The notes under the pieces are model-generated. The model had not been told where the DNA came from and made no database searches. It saw only the letters and a list, made by a program, of their open reading frames with translations. The position numbers and the translations under genes were made by a program. This document shows, one piece after another, positions 34,107-43,449 of a DNA stretch of 64,000 bases (positions within the stretch are counted from its first letter, which is position 1; every line of letters begins with the position of its first letter). Source of the stretch: Bacteroidia bacterium (lineage in GTDB: Bacteria; Bacteroidota; Bacteroidia; B-17B0; Aurantibacillaceae); contig JBGAGD010000003.1 of assembly GCA_044226875.1 (NCBI GenBank), forward strand, positions 294,601-358,600, written 5' to 3'.

Positions 34107-34712
34107 ATGGATAAGGAAGAACTTAGGAAAAATTATCAGCAACTAACCAATAAAAAGGTTGTAGAAATTGCAATGTATAATGCAGTACATTTAAGCGAAG
34201 ATGCAAAACTTGTTCTTAAAGAAGAAATTGAAAGAAGAGGTTTATCAGATAGGCTAATAAATTCTGTTAATATTACTGAAGGCGGAATTTCAGACGAGAT
34301 ATTGCAAAAATACCTTAGTATAATCAGAAACTTACCGGATCCAACTACCGGCGAAACAGGAAAATTATTAAATGCAACAATATTAACACTTACAACAGGA
34401 ATTCCTTTTTTAGGCAGCAAAAAAAAGCAGAGTGTTTTTTTTGGTACAAATGATCAAATTATTCAAAAATTAGAGAGAATTAGTAAAATAACTTCCTCAT
34501 CAGGCTGGCTTGGCCTGCCTTTTGGTTTATTTACCTATATGGATTCGGTTGCACACAATGAAAAAATGCAGGAAATAGATTATAGCATTGAACCTAGTGA
34601 AATTTTAGTTGATTTTGTGAAAGAAAATATCGGGCTTATTGATATGAATATCGAAAGTCCTGATAAGTTATTGTCACTTCTTAAAAACTGTAACATGCAA
34701 ATTGACCAATAG
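34107..34712 (+). CDS. Hypothetical protein, coupled to the downstream M48-like protease
   Basis: 201-aa ORF ending 3 nt before the next ATG. No motif recognised. Confidence 0.55.
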   Translation: MDKEELRKNYQQLTNKKVVEIAMYNAVHLSEDAKLVLKEEIERRGLSDRLINSVNITEGGISDEILQKYLSIIRNLPDPTTGETGKLLNATILTLTTGIPFLGSKKKQSVFFGTNDQIIQKLERISKITSSSGWLGLPFGLFTYMDSVAHNEKMQEIDYSIEPSEILVDFVKENIGLIDMNIESPDKLLSLLKNCNMQIDQ

Positions 34713-34715
34713 ACA

Positions 34716-36815
34716 ATGCCAAATTTTCAGCAACAAAAAACACAACCCATTATATCTTCATTAACAGAAGTTAGCAAGCAATACAAATCAAGTGTAATTA
34801 AAGTTCTTGCCAGCATTATTTTATTTATTTTGGGTTATTTATCGATTTTAGCTTTTGCTGTATTGCTATTTTACCTTGCAGGGCTCCTATCCTTGCAAAT
34901 ATTGAAGCTAAAAGCCCATTGGATCACTCTTTTGATTTCAGCAGGAATTATGATGACTGCAATAATGTTTATATTTTTTGTGATCAAATTTTTATTTAAG
35001 ATCAAAAAAGATATTGACCCTAACAGGATAGAGATACTAGAAAGAGATCAACCTGATTTGTTTGCATTTATTAAAATTATTTGCGAAGAAACAAAAGCAC
35101 CAGTTCCAAAAAGCGTTTTTATCTCTCCTGGGGTTAATGCATGCGTATTTTATAATTCAAGCTTTTTGAGCATGTTTTTTCCCGTGAAAAAAAATTTAGA
35201 AATAGGTCTTGGATTAGTCAATTCGCTAAATGTTTCAGAATTTAAAGCCGTTTTGGCTCACGAATTTGGACATTTTTCACAAAGTAGTACAAAACTAGGC
35301 TCATATGTTTACCGGTTCAATAAAATGTTGTATAATTTGTTGTATGATAATAGCGGCTGGTCAAAGGCACTTCAATCTATTGCTTCAGTACACGGTGTGC
35401 TTTCTTTTTTTGCTAACTTAACAACAAGTCTTGTTACATTTATTCTTAAAATACTTATTAAACTCTACGATTTGGTCAATTTAAATTTCATGGCTTTGTC
35501 CCGGGAAATGGAGTTTCATGCCGATCTTGTTGCAGTAAGTGTTACCGGAAGTGAAAATATTATTAATGCATTATACAAAATTGAGTTTGCAGTAACAGCC
35601 TATAATTATTCCCTCTCCACAGCAAAAGAATTTTATGAAGGAAATGAAAAATTACCTGCTAATATCTATCAGGTACATTCTCAAAGTATGCTTTATCTTG
35701 CAAAAGAAAACAAACTGGAAATTGAAAATGGGCTGCCTTTGATAGACACAAAAAAATATTCCGAAATTATAATCCAAAATAGGGTAATAATTAAAGATAT
35801 TTGGGCCTCTCACCCCTCAATTACCGAGAGAATGAAAAATGTGAGTAAAACGGATATTAAAACGGAAGAAATTAAAATTTCCGCCTGGACATTATTTAAA
35901 AGCAAAGAGTTATTACAAGAAAAAGCTACATTAAAAATTTATGAAAACGATTTTAATATTGGAACTGCTAAAATAGTTGACTACAATCTTTTTGAAACTT
36001 TTTTAAAAAAGAAAGAAGATCATATAAGATTTAATCCCGCGTTTGAAGATTTTTATCACAATGCAGGACAAACCTTTGTAGTTCCGGAAATTGAAGATGT
36101 AAGTTTTATTTCCAATGTATTATCACTAAAAATCACCGACCTGTTTAACAAATCGATCACACAAAGACTTAAGAAATATCACAAAAGCGCTGAAGATATT
36201 ATTATTATAAAGCAGATTGTTGATGGTAGTTTGAATGTTAAAAAATTCGATTTTGACGATACAACTTATTCCCGAACCGAAGCATTAACAATATATAAGC
36301 AATTACAAAAAGAAAATGAAATTGAAACGGCATGGATAGCAGACCATAAATTAAAAATATCAACATGGTTTTATCACACGCTAAAAAGTATCAGCCCGCA
36401 AAAAAGTGAAGATTATAGACTATTAATGGAGTTCCGTTTAAGATTATTTAAAGATCTGGAACCCTTTCTTGAAATATTTAATAATGTTGTTCAATTCTAT
36501 CATAAACTACAAAATAATGAAGAAGACATATACACAGCCGAAACTAAATTAAAAACTTTTTGTAAAGATTTTTTGGCAAAAAAAGATCAAATAATAGATA
36601 TTACGGTTCCGGATGTAATTCTTAAAAACAATATAATGGAAAAAGGGTACAAAAAAGCTCTTTTTGAAATAGATGTTCGAACAAATATAAAAGACCTTGA
36701 TAGCTTGATACCATTTATTGAAGATATGCAAAAATTGATCGAATCTTTTCAATTATTAGATGATCCAATATTTAAATTAGTACACGATATTCAGGAAGAT
36801 GCTTTAATCTCTTGA
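34716..36815 (+). CDS. M48-like membrane zinc metalloprotease with ~400-aa C-terminal extension
   Basis: Three to four N-terminal TM segments. LAHEFGHFSQ (HEXXH, H182/E183/H186) and SREMEFHADLVA (third-ligand region typical of M48/M56). Confidence 0.75.
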   Translation: MPNFQQQKTQPIISSLTEVSKQYKSSVIKVLASIILFILGYLSILAFAVLLFYLAGLLSLQILKLKAHWITLLISAGIMMTAIMFIFFVIKFLFKIKKDIDPNRIEILERDQPDLFAFIKIICEETKAPVPKSVFISPGVNACVFYNSSFLSMFFPVKKNLEIGLGLVNSLNVSEFKAVLAHEFGHFSQSSTKLGSYVYRFNKMLYNLLYDNSGWSKALQSIASVHGVLSFFANLTTSLVTFILKILIKLYDLVNLNFMALSREMEFHADLVAVSVTGSENIINALYKIEFAVTAYNYSLSTAKEFYEGNEKLPANIYQVHSQSMLYLAKENKLEIENGLPLIDTKKYSEIIIQNRVIIKDIWASHPSITERMKNVSKTDIKTEEIKISAWTLFKSKELLQEKATLKIYENDFNIGTAKIVDYNLFETFLKKKEDHIRFNPAFEDFYHNAGQTFVVPEIEDVSFISNVLSLKITDLFNKSITQRLKKYHKSAEDIIIIKQIVDGSLNVKKFDFDDTTYSRTEALTIYKQLQKENEIETAWIADHKLKISTWFYHTLKSISPQKSEDYRLLMEFRLRLFKDLEPFLEIFNNVVQFYHKLQNNEEDIYTAETKLKTFCKDFLAKKDQIIDITVPDVILKNNIMEKGYKKALFEIDVRTNIKDLDSLIPFIEDMQKLIESFQLLDDPIFKLVHDIQEDALIS

Positions 36816-36845
36816 TCTAAAATTACAAATAACTGTTTTTTAAAG

Positions 36846-37361
36846 ATGAAAAAATATACGATCATTAACAGTAACCTTACTGATCTTGACCTGATCTTTT
36901 CTTTTTTTGACAGTGCCATTACTTACCAAAAACAAAAAGGTTATGATCTTTGGCCGCAGTTTGACCGGCAAATGATAGAAACGGAGATACAGGAAGGTAG
37001 AAATTGGAAAATACTGAAAGACAATACAATTGCTTGTGTATTTTCTGTTCTATATAACGACCCTGTTATCTGGAAAGAAAAAGATATAGAACCAGCCGTA
37101 TATCTTCACCGCGTCGCTGTTAATCCTTTATTTAAGGGAAATGGGATGATGGCTGTTATAAGAGAATGGTCTGTTGCCCACGCAAAAGAAAAAGAAAAAA
37201 AATACGTGCGTATGGATACCTGGGGCAATAACGAAAACCTGAGAAACTATTATATCAGCTGTGGATTTAACTATATCTGCCAGCAATATTTACAAAATAC
37301 AGACGGTTTGCCGGCACATTACGGCGGTTCTGTTTTAAGTTTGTTTGAAATTGAAGTATGA
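36846..37361 (+). CDS. GNAT-family N-acetyltransferase
   Basis: HRVAVNPLFKGNGMMAVI is an acetyl-CoA binding motif A-like segment. Confidence 0.8.
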   Translation: MKKYTIINSNLTDLDLIFSFFDSAITYQKQKGYDLWPQFDRQMIETEIQEGRNWKILKDNTIACVFSVLYNDPVIWKEKDIEPAVYLHRVAVNPLFKGNGMMAVIREWSVAHAKEKEKKYVRMDTWGNNENLRNYYISCGFNYICQQYLQNTDGLPAHYGGSVLSLFEIEV

Positions 37362-37665
37362 GAACGAGCTTAAATTAGCCTTGGTATCAAAAAAAGATTT
37401 TTATAACGGTTCCGGAACTTACAGAAATTGTACAATATTCTCTCCAAAAAACCTCTTACTCATCATTTTGAGAAAGAAAATACACAGTCGCCAGTATTTT
37501 TTTTAAAATATTTTCAATTTCGTACAACAAATTCAAACAAATTCTGTTATTACAATTATAATAACGCCAACGGGTTTATAATAAACATTAGCTTGATACG
37601 TTTTTATACTTACGGAGAAAATCGAAAAGCCTTAAAGTGAGTAGATAAAATAAAAAGAAAAAAAT

Positions 37666-38289
37666 ATGAAAATTTTAGGAGCAATGCTAATTAGCGCAAC
37701 TGTTTTAGTTACAGGATGTAAAAAAGCAAAAGATGGAAAAGATGGAGCACAGGGTCCTCAAGGACCGGCAGGTGTAGTGGCCGCAACAACAGATGGTTTT
37801 ATCAAAGGAACACTGACAGGTACGCGCCAGGATAATACTGTTTTTACAGAAACCTACAATTACACCAATTACTGGGGCGGGCAGCCTGCAACGTTAGACA
37901 GTACTTCGTCTGGCTGGACATTTTATATCAACAGAGGAACTTCTGATGTTTTAAGTTCAGATGGCGCCAGCATTTCTTTCTCGATACCAACATTAACTGC
38001 TACAAGCGCTGTTATTACTAACTTCAACTTCCGCTATAGCAAATCACTTGGCACTAACAAAGAGTTTGATTATTCTCTGTACAGTATTCCAACGTCAAGT
38101 ATTACCTCGTTATCTTATAACCAGTCAACCGGCCAGTTAACAGGTAACTACTCTATCAACCTTACTGCTTTTACCAATTCAACCAATCATGCAGGAAGTA
38201 TTACAGGTAACATTCAAACTACTGTAACACGAATATATAACCGTGTGGTGAAGCCAACAGAGGTTGTTACAGGTAGCAAACAGGAATAA
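37666..38289 (+). CDS. Lipoprotein with short collagen-like G-X-Y stretch
   Basis: Lipobox LVTGC followed by GKDGKDGAQGPQGPAG, then a Thr/Ser-rich beta region. Confidence 0.6.
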   Translation: MKILGAMLISATVLVTGCKKAKDGKDGAQGPQGPAGVVAATTDGFIKGTLTGTRQDNTVFTETYNYTNYWGGQPATLDSTSSGWTFYINRGTSDVLSSDGASISFSIPTLTATSAVITNFNFRYSKSLGTNKEFDYSLYSIPTSSITSLSYNQSTGQLTGNYSINLTAFTNSTNHAGSITGNIQTTVTRIYNRVVKPTEVVTGSKQE

Positions 38290-38315
38290 TTTTTAAATAG
38301 CATAAATAAAAAAAC

Positions 38316-38342
38316 AAGCAGGGAAATTTCCCTGCTTTTTTA
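38316..38342 (+). terminator. Rho-independent terminator
   Basis: AAGCAGGGAAA/TTTCCCTGCTT hairpin followed by TTTTT. Confidence 0.65.
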
Positions 38343-38473
38343 TTTTTATATAACAAATTATTTCTTACCGAATTGTAACCGGCTTTTGCCGAATTGTAAT
38401 CCTTTGTTTTTTTATTCCTATATCTTTCTATTTTTAATTATTAAGTCATTACTAATAATTAAAAAAATAACCC

Positions 38474-40159
38474 ATGAAAACAAAATTACTACGCACATCA
38501 AAGCTCGCTGCCTCATTGTTTTTATCACTATCCTTTGCGCCATTACAGCAGGCTAATGCACAGGTAGCAAGTTTAATACAGGATATAAATGCTGCTGCAG
38601 CGAATTCATCACCATCTTTATTTACTTCTTGCGGATTAATAAATACTATTTTTTTTGTGGCAGATAATGGTACCACGGGTGCAGAATTATGGAAATATGA
38701 TATTGCTTCAAATACTGCCTCGCTGGTAAAAGATATTAATCCCGGTGCAACCGGGTCTGGCATTACCGTTATAACAGCAAATTTAAATGGTAATGGCATT
38801 TTATTTAATGCAAACGATGGCACTAACGGTAACGAGTTATGGAAAAGTGACGGCACTGCAGCAGGAACAGCAATGGTTATGGATATAAACCCCGGGTCAG
38901 GCAGTTCGGGCCCAAATAATTTTTGTGCTTTTGGCGGATCTTTTATTTTTAGCGCAGATAACGGAACCAATGGCAAAGAACCTTGGCTAACCAATGGCAA
39001 TATGGCAGGAACCGCTCTTTTAAAAGACATTAACCCTGGTATAGGCGCCTCAGATCCTAATAACTTTACAGTATTGGGTACTGCCGTTCTATTCAGGGCA
39101 AATGATGGCACTAACGGTAGCGAGCTTTGGTCAACCGATATGACGGCAGCAAATACTATTTTAGTAAAAGATATAAATGCCGGAAGCGCGACTTCTGTAC
39201 CATCTAATTTTGCAGTAGTTGGTACAACCCTGTTCTTTTCTGCCATTACCATTGCCAACGGCGCAGAGTTATGGAAAAGCGATGGCACATTGGCCGGAAC
39301 GGTTTTAATAAAAGATATAAATAGTGGCGCAGGAAATTCTATAAACATATCGCCGGGTGCAAAAGGATTTTTTACTGCTTTTAATAATAATCTCTATTTT
39401 CAGGCAACAGATGGCGCAAATGGTTACGAGTTTTGGAAAAGTGACGGATCGAACGCAGGAACCACTTTGGTAAAAGACATTCAAACCGGCGCAAGTTCTT
39501 CAAACCCTTCGGGTATCTTTACTTCATCATCCGGTTTATTTTTTGTGGCCAACGATGGTGTTAATGGTTATGAATTATGGATGAGCGACGGAACAACCGG
39601 CGGCACAGCGTTATTAAAAGACATTAATCCTGGTGCTGCATCAAGCACAACTATCACTACAACATTTATCCAAACCGGGAATGGCGTAATTTATTTTGCG
39701 GCAAATGATGGTACTAATGGAAATGAATTATACAAAACACTGGGAAGCGCTTTAACCACTACAATTATGGCGGATATCAACATGGGTGCCGGGAGCTCAA
39801 ATCCTTCAGCAATGGCACAATACAACAACCTGCTTTATTTTTCTGCTACAAATGGTATAACCGGCATTGAGCCCTGGAAGTTTGACATCAATGCACCAAC
39901 AGGCATTCAACAAATAAACTCAGCCAGCATTTCTTTCGAAGTATATCCTAATCCATGTAAAGACCAGTTAACCATAAGATCAAGTGAATCTATAAGAGAA
40001 ATCCTGGTCTATACTTTAACAGGGCAATTCATACTTTCACAAAAAATAAATTCAGATACGGATAAAAACTTAGATCTAAGCGAACTAAAGACCGGCGTGT
40101 ATTTTATCAAAGTTTCATCTGAAAAAGGCGAGTGTATCAAAAAATTAGTTGTGAATTGA
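38474..40159 (+). CDS. ELWxxDGT-repeat protein with T9SS C-terminal sorting domain
   Basis: At least 8 repeats of G.ELWKSDGTxAGT..vKDINpG. C-terminus FEVYPNPCKDQLTI...GVYFIKVSSEKGECIKKLVV (Por secretion tail). Confidence 0.85.
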   Translation: MKTKLLRTSKLAASLFLSLSFAPLQQANAQVASLIQDINAAAANSSPSLFTSCGLINTIFFVADNGTTGAELWKYDIASNTASLVKDINPGATGSGITVITANLNGNGILFNANDGTNGNELWKSDGTAAGTAMVMDINPGSGSSGPNNFCAFGGSFIFSADNGTNGKEPWLTNGNMAGTALLKDINPGIGASDPNNFTVLGTAVLFRANDGTNGSELWSTDMTAANTILVKDINAGSATSVPSNFAVVGTTLFFSAITIANGAELWKSDGTLAGTVLIKDINSGAGNSINISPGAKGFFTAFNNNLYFQATDGANGYEFWKSDGSNAGTTLVKDIQTGASSSNPSGIFTSSSGLFFVANDGVNGYELWMSDGTTGGTALLKDINPGAASSTTITTTFIQTGNGVIYFAANDGTNGNELYKTLGSALTTTIMADINMGAGSSNPSAMAQYNNLLYFSATNGITGIEPWKFDINAPTGIQQINSASISFEVYPNPCKDQLTIRSSESIREILVYTLTGQFILSQKINSDTDKNLDLSELKTGVYFIKVSSEKGECIKKLVVN

Positions 40160-40180
40160 TACAGATCGTTAAAAAATTAA

Positions 40181-40211
40181 AAAGCCTTTCAGTTTTTGAA
40201 AGGCTTTTTTT
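40181..40211. terminator. Bidirectional terminator between convergent genes
   Basis: AAAGCCTTTC-agttttt-GAAAGGCTTT hairpin flanked by A- and T-runs. Confidence 0.65.
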
Positions 40212-40232
40212 GTTTCTGTTTATAACAAAAGA

Positions 40233-41207
40233 TCAATATACTTCTTTATTGTATTTATTGCGGTATTCGTTTGGTGTCATACCTGTAATACGTTTAAATA
40301 CTTCTCTAAAGGCCTGCACGTCCATATATCCAACATCATACATAATTTCGGTAATAGATTTTCTGCCAACCTCCAACTGTTTTTTTGTGGCTTCTACTTT
40401 TATGCGCTGCACATATTCTGCCACCGTGTTACGCGTCGCTTTTTTAAAACGCCTTTCAAAGGTTCTTCTTGTTAAATGAAATTTATCAGCGATCTTATCT
40501 ACAGTAATTTTTTTTAAATAATTTTGTTCTAAAAATTTCTGGGCTTTTAAAATAATTTCATCGTCATGATCTTTTTGCCCCTGGAAAACCACAAAAGGCG
40601 ACTGATCATTTTTATCAAGATCTATCACAAAATATTTAGCGGTTCGAATGGCAATAGAGCGATTGGTGTATTTTTCAACCAAATGCATTAGTAAATTCCA
40701 GTAAGCATTACTACCGCCACTGGAATATAAACCATCCTGATCGGTGATCATTTTTTCATCCACCAAAGTTACCGATGGATAATAATACCTGAATTCATTT
40801 GCATAAGCCCAATGCGTAGTACACTGCTTATTCTTTAAAATGCCTGTGTAAGCCAGTAAAAAAGCGCCGGTGCAAAGGCTTGCCACTTCTGCACCTTTTT
40901 TATATAGATCAGAGATCCACATGCAGCAGTCTTTATTTAAATAGGTCATAGTAGTGATATGGCCTGTAAAAGAAGGGATGATAATAAGGTCTGTTTTAGT
41001 AACTTTCTCAAAAACAGTGTCGGGATGAATCGTATACAAGCCTTTTTCGTACTTCACTTCATCAGAAAAGCCCACCACTTGTATCTTAAATAAAGGCTGC
41101 TTGCCTTCTTCTTTTAAAAATTCGTTTACCTTGGTAAATACATATACCGAATCGCTGATGGAAGCCATTACCACATTGCGCAAAGCCAAAACTGAAATTG
41201 TTATCAT
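40233..41207 (-). CDS. GlxA-family regulator (DJ-1/PfpI + AraC HTH)
   Basis: ASLCTGAFLLA plus a C-terminal HTH_18. Start placed at Met19 (MITISVLAL). Paralog of 30694-31686. Confidence 0.85.
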   Translation of the reverse strand: MITISVLALRNVVMASISDSVYVFTKVNEFLKEEGKQPLFKIQVVGFSDEVKYEKGLYTIHPDTVFEKVTKTDLIIIPSFTGHITTMTYLNKDCCMWISDLYKKGAEVASLCTGAFLLAYTGILKNKQCTTHWAYANEFRYYYPSVTLVDEKMITDQDGLYSSGGSNAYWNLLMHLVEKYTNRSIAIRTAKYFVIDLDKNDQSPFVVFQGQKDHDDEIILKAQKFLEQNYLKKITVDKIADKFHLTRRTFERRFKKATRNTVAEYVQRIKVEATKKQLEVGRKSITEIMYDVGYMDVQAFREVFKRITGMTPNEYRNKYNKEVY

Positions 41208-41323
41208 GTTACAAATGTAAAAAAAGTATTTGTCGCAATCACCCACCTCATAATGTCGCATTTACACATTACAGGGGTTTATTATTGTCAATACCTTTGT
41301 GTTATAATCTTAAAACAAATGTT

Positions 41324-41764
41324 ATGATAAAAACCAATCCTTACTTTAACTTTAATGGAAACACCGGCGAAGCCATGAATTTTTACAAATCTGTTTTTGG
41401 CGGCGAGTTCACCATTTACTCGCGTTTTAAAGAAATGCCCGGTGGCGAAAAAATGTTGCCTGAAGACCAGGAAAAATTCATGCATATTTCTTTATTAACG
41501 CCTGGTGGTATAGTATTTATGGCTACCGATGCCCTTGAGACCATGGAACAAAAAGTAATATTCGGCAATAATAATTATGTATGCCTTCACACCGAAAGCG
41601 AGGCCGAGACTGATAAATTATTTAATGCTTTGGCACTTGGCGGCAAAGTAGAAATGCCCGCAAACAAAACTTTTTGGGGTGCATATTGCGGTATGTTGCG
41701 CGATAAATTTGGCGTGCAGTGGATGTTAAATTATTCATACGACGATAAATCACTCATTAAATAA
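41324..41764 (+). CDS. VOC-family (PhnB/YjdN-like glyoxalase-fold) protein
   Basis: MIKTNPYFNFNGNTGEAMNFYKSVFGGEF...MHISL...FMATD...FWGAYCGMLRDKFGVQWML. Start at the internal ATG 41324. Confidence 0.75.
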   Translation: MIKTNPYFNFNGNTGEAMNFYKSVFGGEFTIYSRFKEMPGGEKMLPEDQEKFMHISLLTPGGIVFMATDALETMEQKVIFGNNNYVCLHTESEAETDKLFNALALGGKVEMPANKTFWGAYCGMLRDKFGVQWMLNYSYDDKSLIK

Positions 41765-41765
41765 T

Positions 41766-42146
41766 ATGAAACCAAAAACCGTTAAGATCATTTATTGGGT
41801 AACAACCATCTTTATTTTTTTATTCGAAGGTGTAATTCCCGCGCTAACCTCGCAAACCGAAATGGCAAAAAATGCTATTAAACATTTAGGTTATCCCGAG
41901 TACTTTGATGTGATGCTGGTTGTTTTTAGGGTATTTGGCGTTATTGTCATTATCATTCCTAAAATACCAGGGCGTATTAAAGAATGGGCTTATGCCGGCT
42001 TTGGTTTCGATTTTACCTGTGCTTTTATCAGTCTTTGGGTAGTAGATGGTTTCGGGATTACTTTATTATTTCCGGTAATAGCATTTTCTATATTAACTGC
42101 ATCATACGCTACCTATCATAAAATGCAAAGCATAAAACAAAATTAG
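41766..42146 (+). CDS. DoxX-like membrane protein
   Basis: Four TM segments. HLGYPEYF...IKEWAYAGFGFDF pattern. Confidence 0.6.
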   Translation: MKPKTVKIIYWVTTIFIFLFEGVIPALTSQTEMAKNAIKHLGYPEYFDVMLVVFRVFGVIVIIIPKIPGRIKEWAYAGFGFDFTCAFISLWVVDGFGITLLFPVIAFSILTASYATYHKMQSIKQN

Positions 42147-42149
42147 ATT

Positions 42150-42386
42150 ATGTCTTTTCAGGCTTATTTAGATAATATAAAAACCAAAACGGGTAACAGT
42201 GCTGACGATTTTAAAAAACTCGGCGAAAAAAAAGGTTTTCTTGTAAAAGGAAAACTAAAATCTGGGATAAAAGCAGGTGAAATTGTAGCCTGGCTGAAAA
42301 AAGATTTTGATCTTGGACATGGCCACGCAATGGCTATTTACGCGGTTTTTAAAAATATAAAACAAGCTGCCGCGAGCAAAAAATAA
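42150..42386 (+). CDS. DUF4287-like small protein
   Basis: MSFQAYLDNIKTKTG...GHGHAMAIY pattern. Confidence 0.6.
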   Translation: MSFQAYLDNIKTKTGNSADDFKKLGEKKGFLVKGKLKSGIKAGEIVAWLKKDFDLGHGHAMAIYAVFKNIKQAAASKK

Positions 42387-42396
42387 ATGCAAAAAA

Positions 42397-42425
42397 AATA
42401 ATAGCCTATTGGCTATTATTTTTTT
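42397..42425. terminator. Bidirectional terminator hairpin
   Basis: AATAATAGCC-tatt-GGCTATTATT flanked by A8 and T5 runs. Overlaps the stop of the minus-strand ORF. Confidence 0.55.
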
Positions 42426-43198
42426 CCTACGTTATAAATATCAATTGTTTTATCGTAAAGCTTGGTGGTTTTCTTTTTAAGGATCTTAGAAGTAATTGGT
42501 AAACTGATAGTTCCTAAAAAAGTAGAACCCGCGGCTGCCCATGCACCAAACGATACTCCTTCGGGTGTACGCGACTGATCAATTACCTTTCCAAACGTTG
42601 GAAAACAGCCAATGATACCGGCAATAGTTGAAGGGAAAGAGGTGATCTTAATGATCTTTTGAACCGTTTTGGTTGTTTTGGCAGTTTTAAACGGGATCTT
42701 CACTGCCGGATTATTCGATCTGCTTAATAAACGATCTACATTTTTTCTTGAGATCTCCTGGCCGTTCACAAAATAGCCATTACCATCATAAATTATTTTA
42801 TGTTCGTCGCTTATTGGTCCTTTACCATTTGTTACAGGCGTTGTGTTGGCCTGTGTATTTGTGGCAGTATTCATTTCGGTAGAGGCATTGTTTGAAACAA
42901 CATTTTCTCCTGCTTTAGTGATCTCTTCTTTTTGTCCGCCTTTAAACTTAATAAAAGCTATATCAGGCTTATTTTCAATAAACATCGGCCCATCGATATT
43001 ATCGGCGCGTTTAAACGAAATGGCTTTAGTACCTACTTCAACTATCTTGCAGGCAATTTTTTCGCCGTTAATTTTAAAGATAGTGTCTTGCTGCGCATTA
43101 AGTGGGTTATTGAATGCTACACATAAAAATGCAAAAAAAGTGCCTAATAAATAAGCTTTGTTTAAGTTCATAGAATTTTGTTGTTTGAGTTGTGGCAA
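42416..43198 (-). CDS. Hypothetical secreted/membrane protein
   Basis: 260-aa ORF with a signal-like segment (LLGTFFAFLCVAFNNPLNAQ) and hydrophobic C-terminal segments. Confidence 0.55.
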   Translation of the reverse strand: MPQLKQQNSMNLNKAYLLGTFFAFLCVAFNNPLNAQQDTIFKINGEKIACKIVEVGTKAISFKRADNIDGPMFIENKPDIAFIKFKGGQKEEITKAGENVVSNNASTEMNTATNTQANTTPVTNGKGPISDEHKIIYDGNGYFVNGQEISRKNVDRLLSRSNNPAVKIPFKTAKTTKTVQKIIKITSFPSTIAGIIGCFPTFGKVIDQSRTPEGVSFGAWAAAGSTFLGTISLPITSKILKKKTTKLYDKTIDIYNVGKK

Positions 43199-43449
43199 GG
43201 TAATTAAAAACTTAAACGAAAAGCTGTTCTTTTATTAAGGGTTCGTAAAATACCTGTTTACAGGGATGTCAAGCAAAAAGCTTTGTTAAAAACAGTAAAC
43301 TATATAAATAAAAAAATTGCAAATAGCTTTGTTTTTAATTATTCATACCCTGGTATTTATTGGCGTTGCTATTTTACTTTTCAGTATTTATGGGCTTTAG
43401 CAGCATTATTAATTTTATTAACTTTAGATTTCCCTAAAGATCCTCATTT

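Noticed and set aside
37428-37640. 70-aa plus-strand ORF in the gap before the lipoprotein gene
   Set aside because: It has a non-ATG start and low-complexity N/Y/F-rich sequence. It overlaps the likely promoter region of 37666, and nothing else suggests coding.
38452-39348. 298-aa minus-strand ORF
   Set aside because: It lies entirely antisense to the ELWxxDGT repeat gene. Its sequence is a low-complexity mirror of the repeats (P/A/L/V-rich), and the plus-strand gene has clear family motifs and a T9SS tail.
40132-40479. 115-aa plus-strand ORF
   Set aside because: It begins inside the T9SS protein gene, runs through the bidirectional terminator and lies antisense to the GlxA-type regulator.
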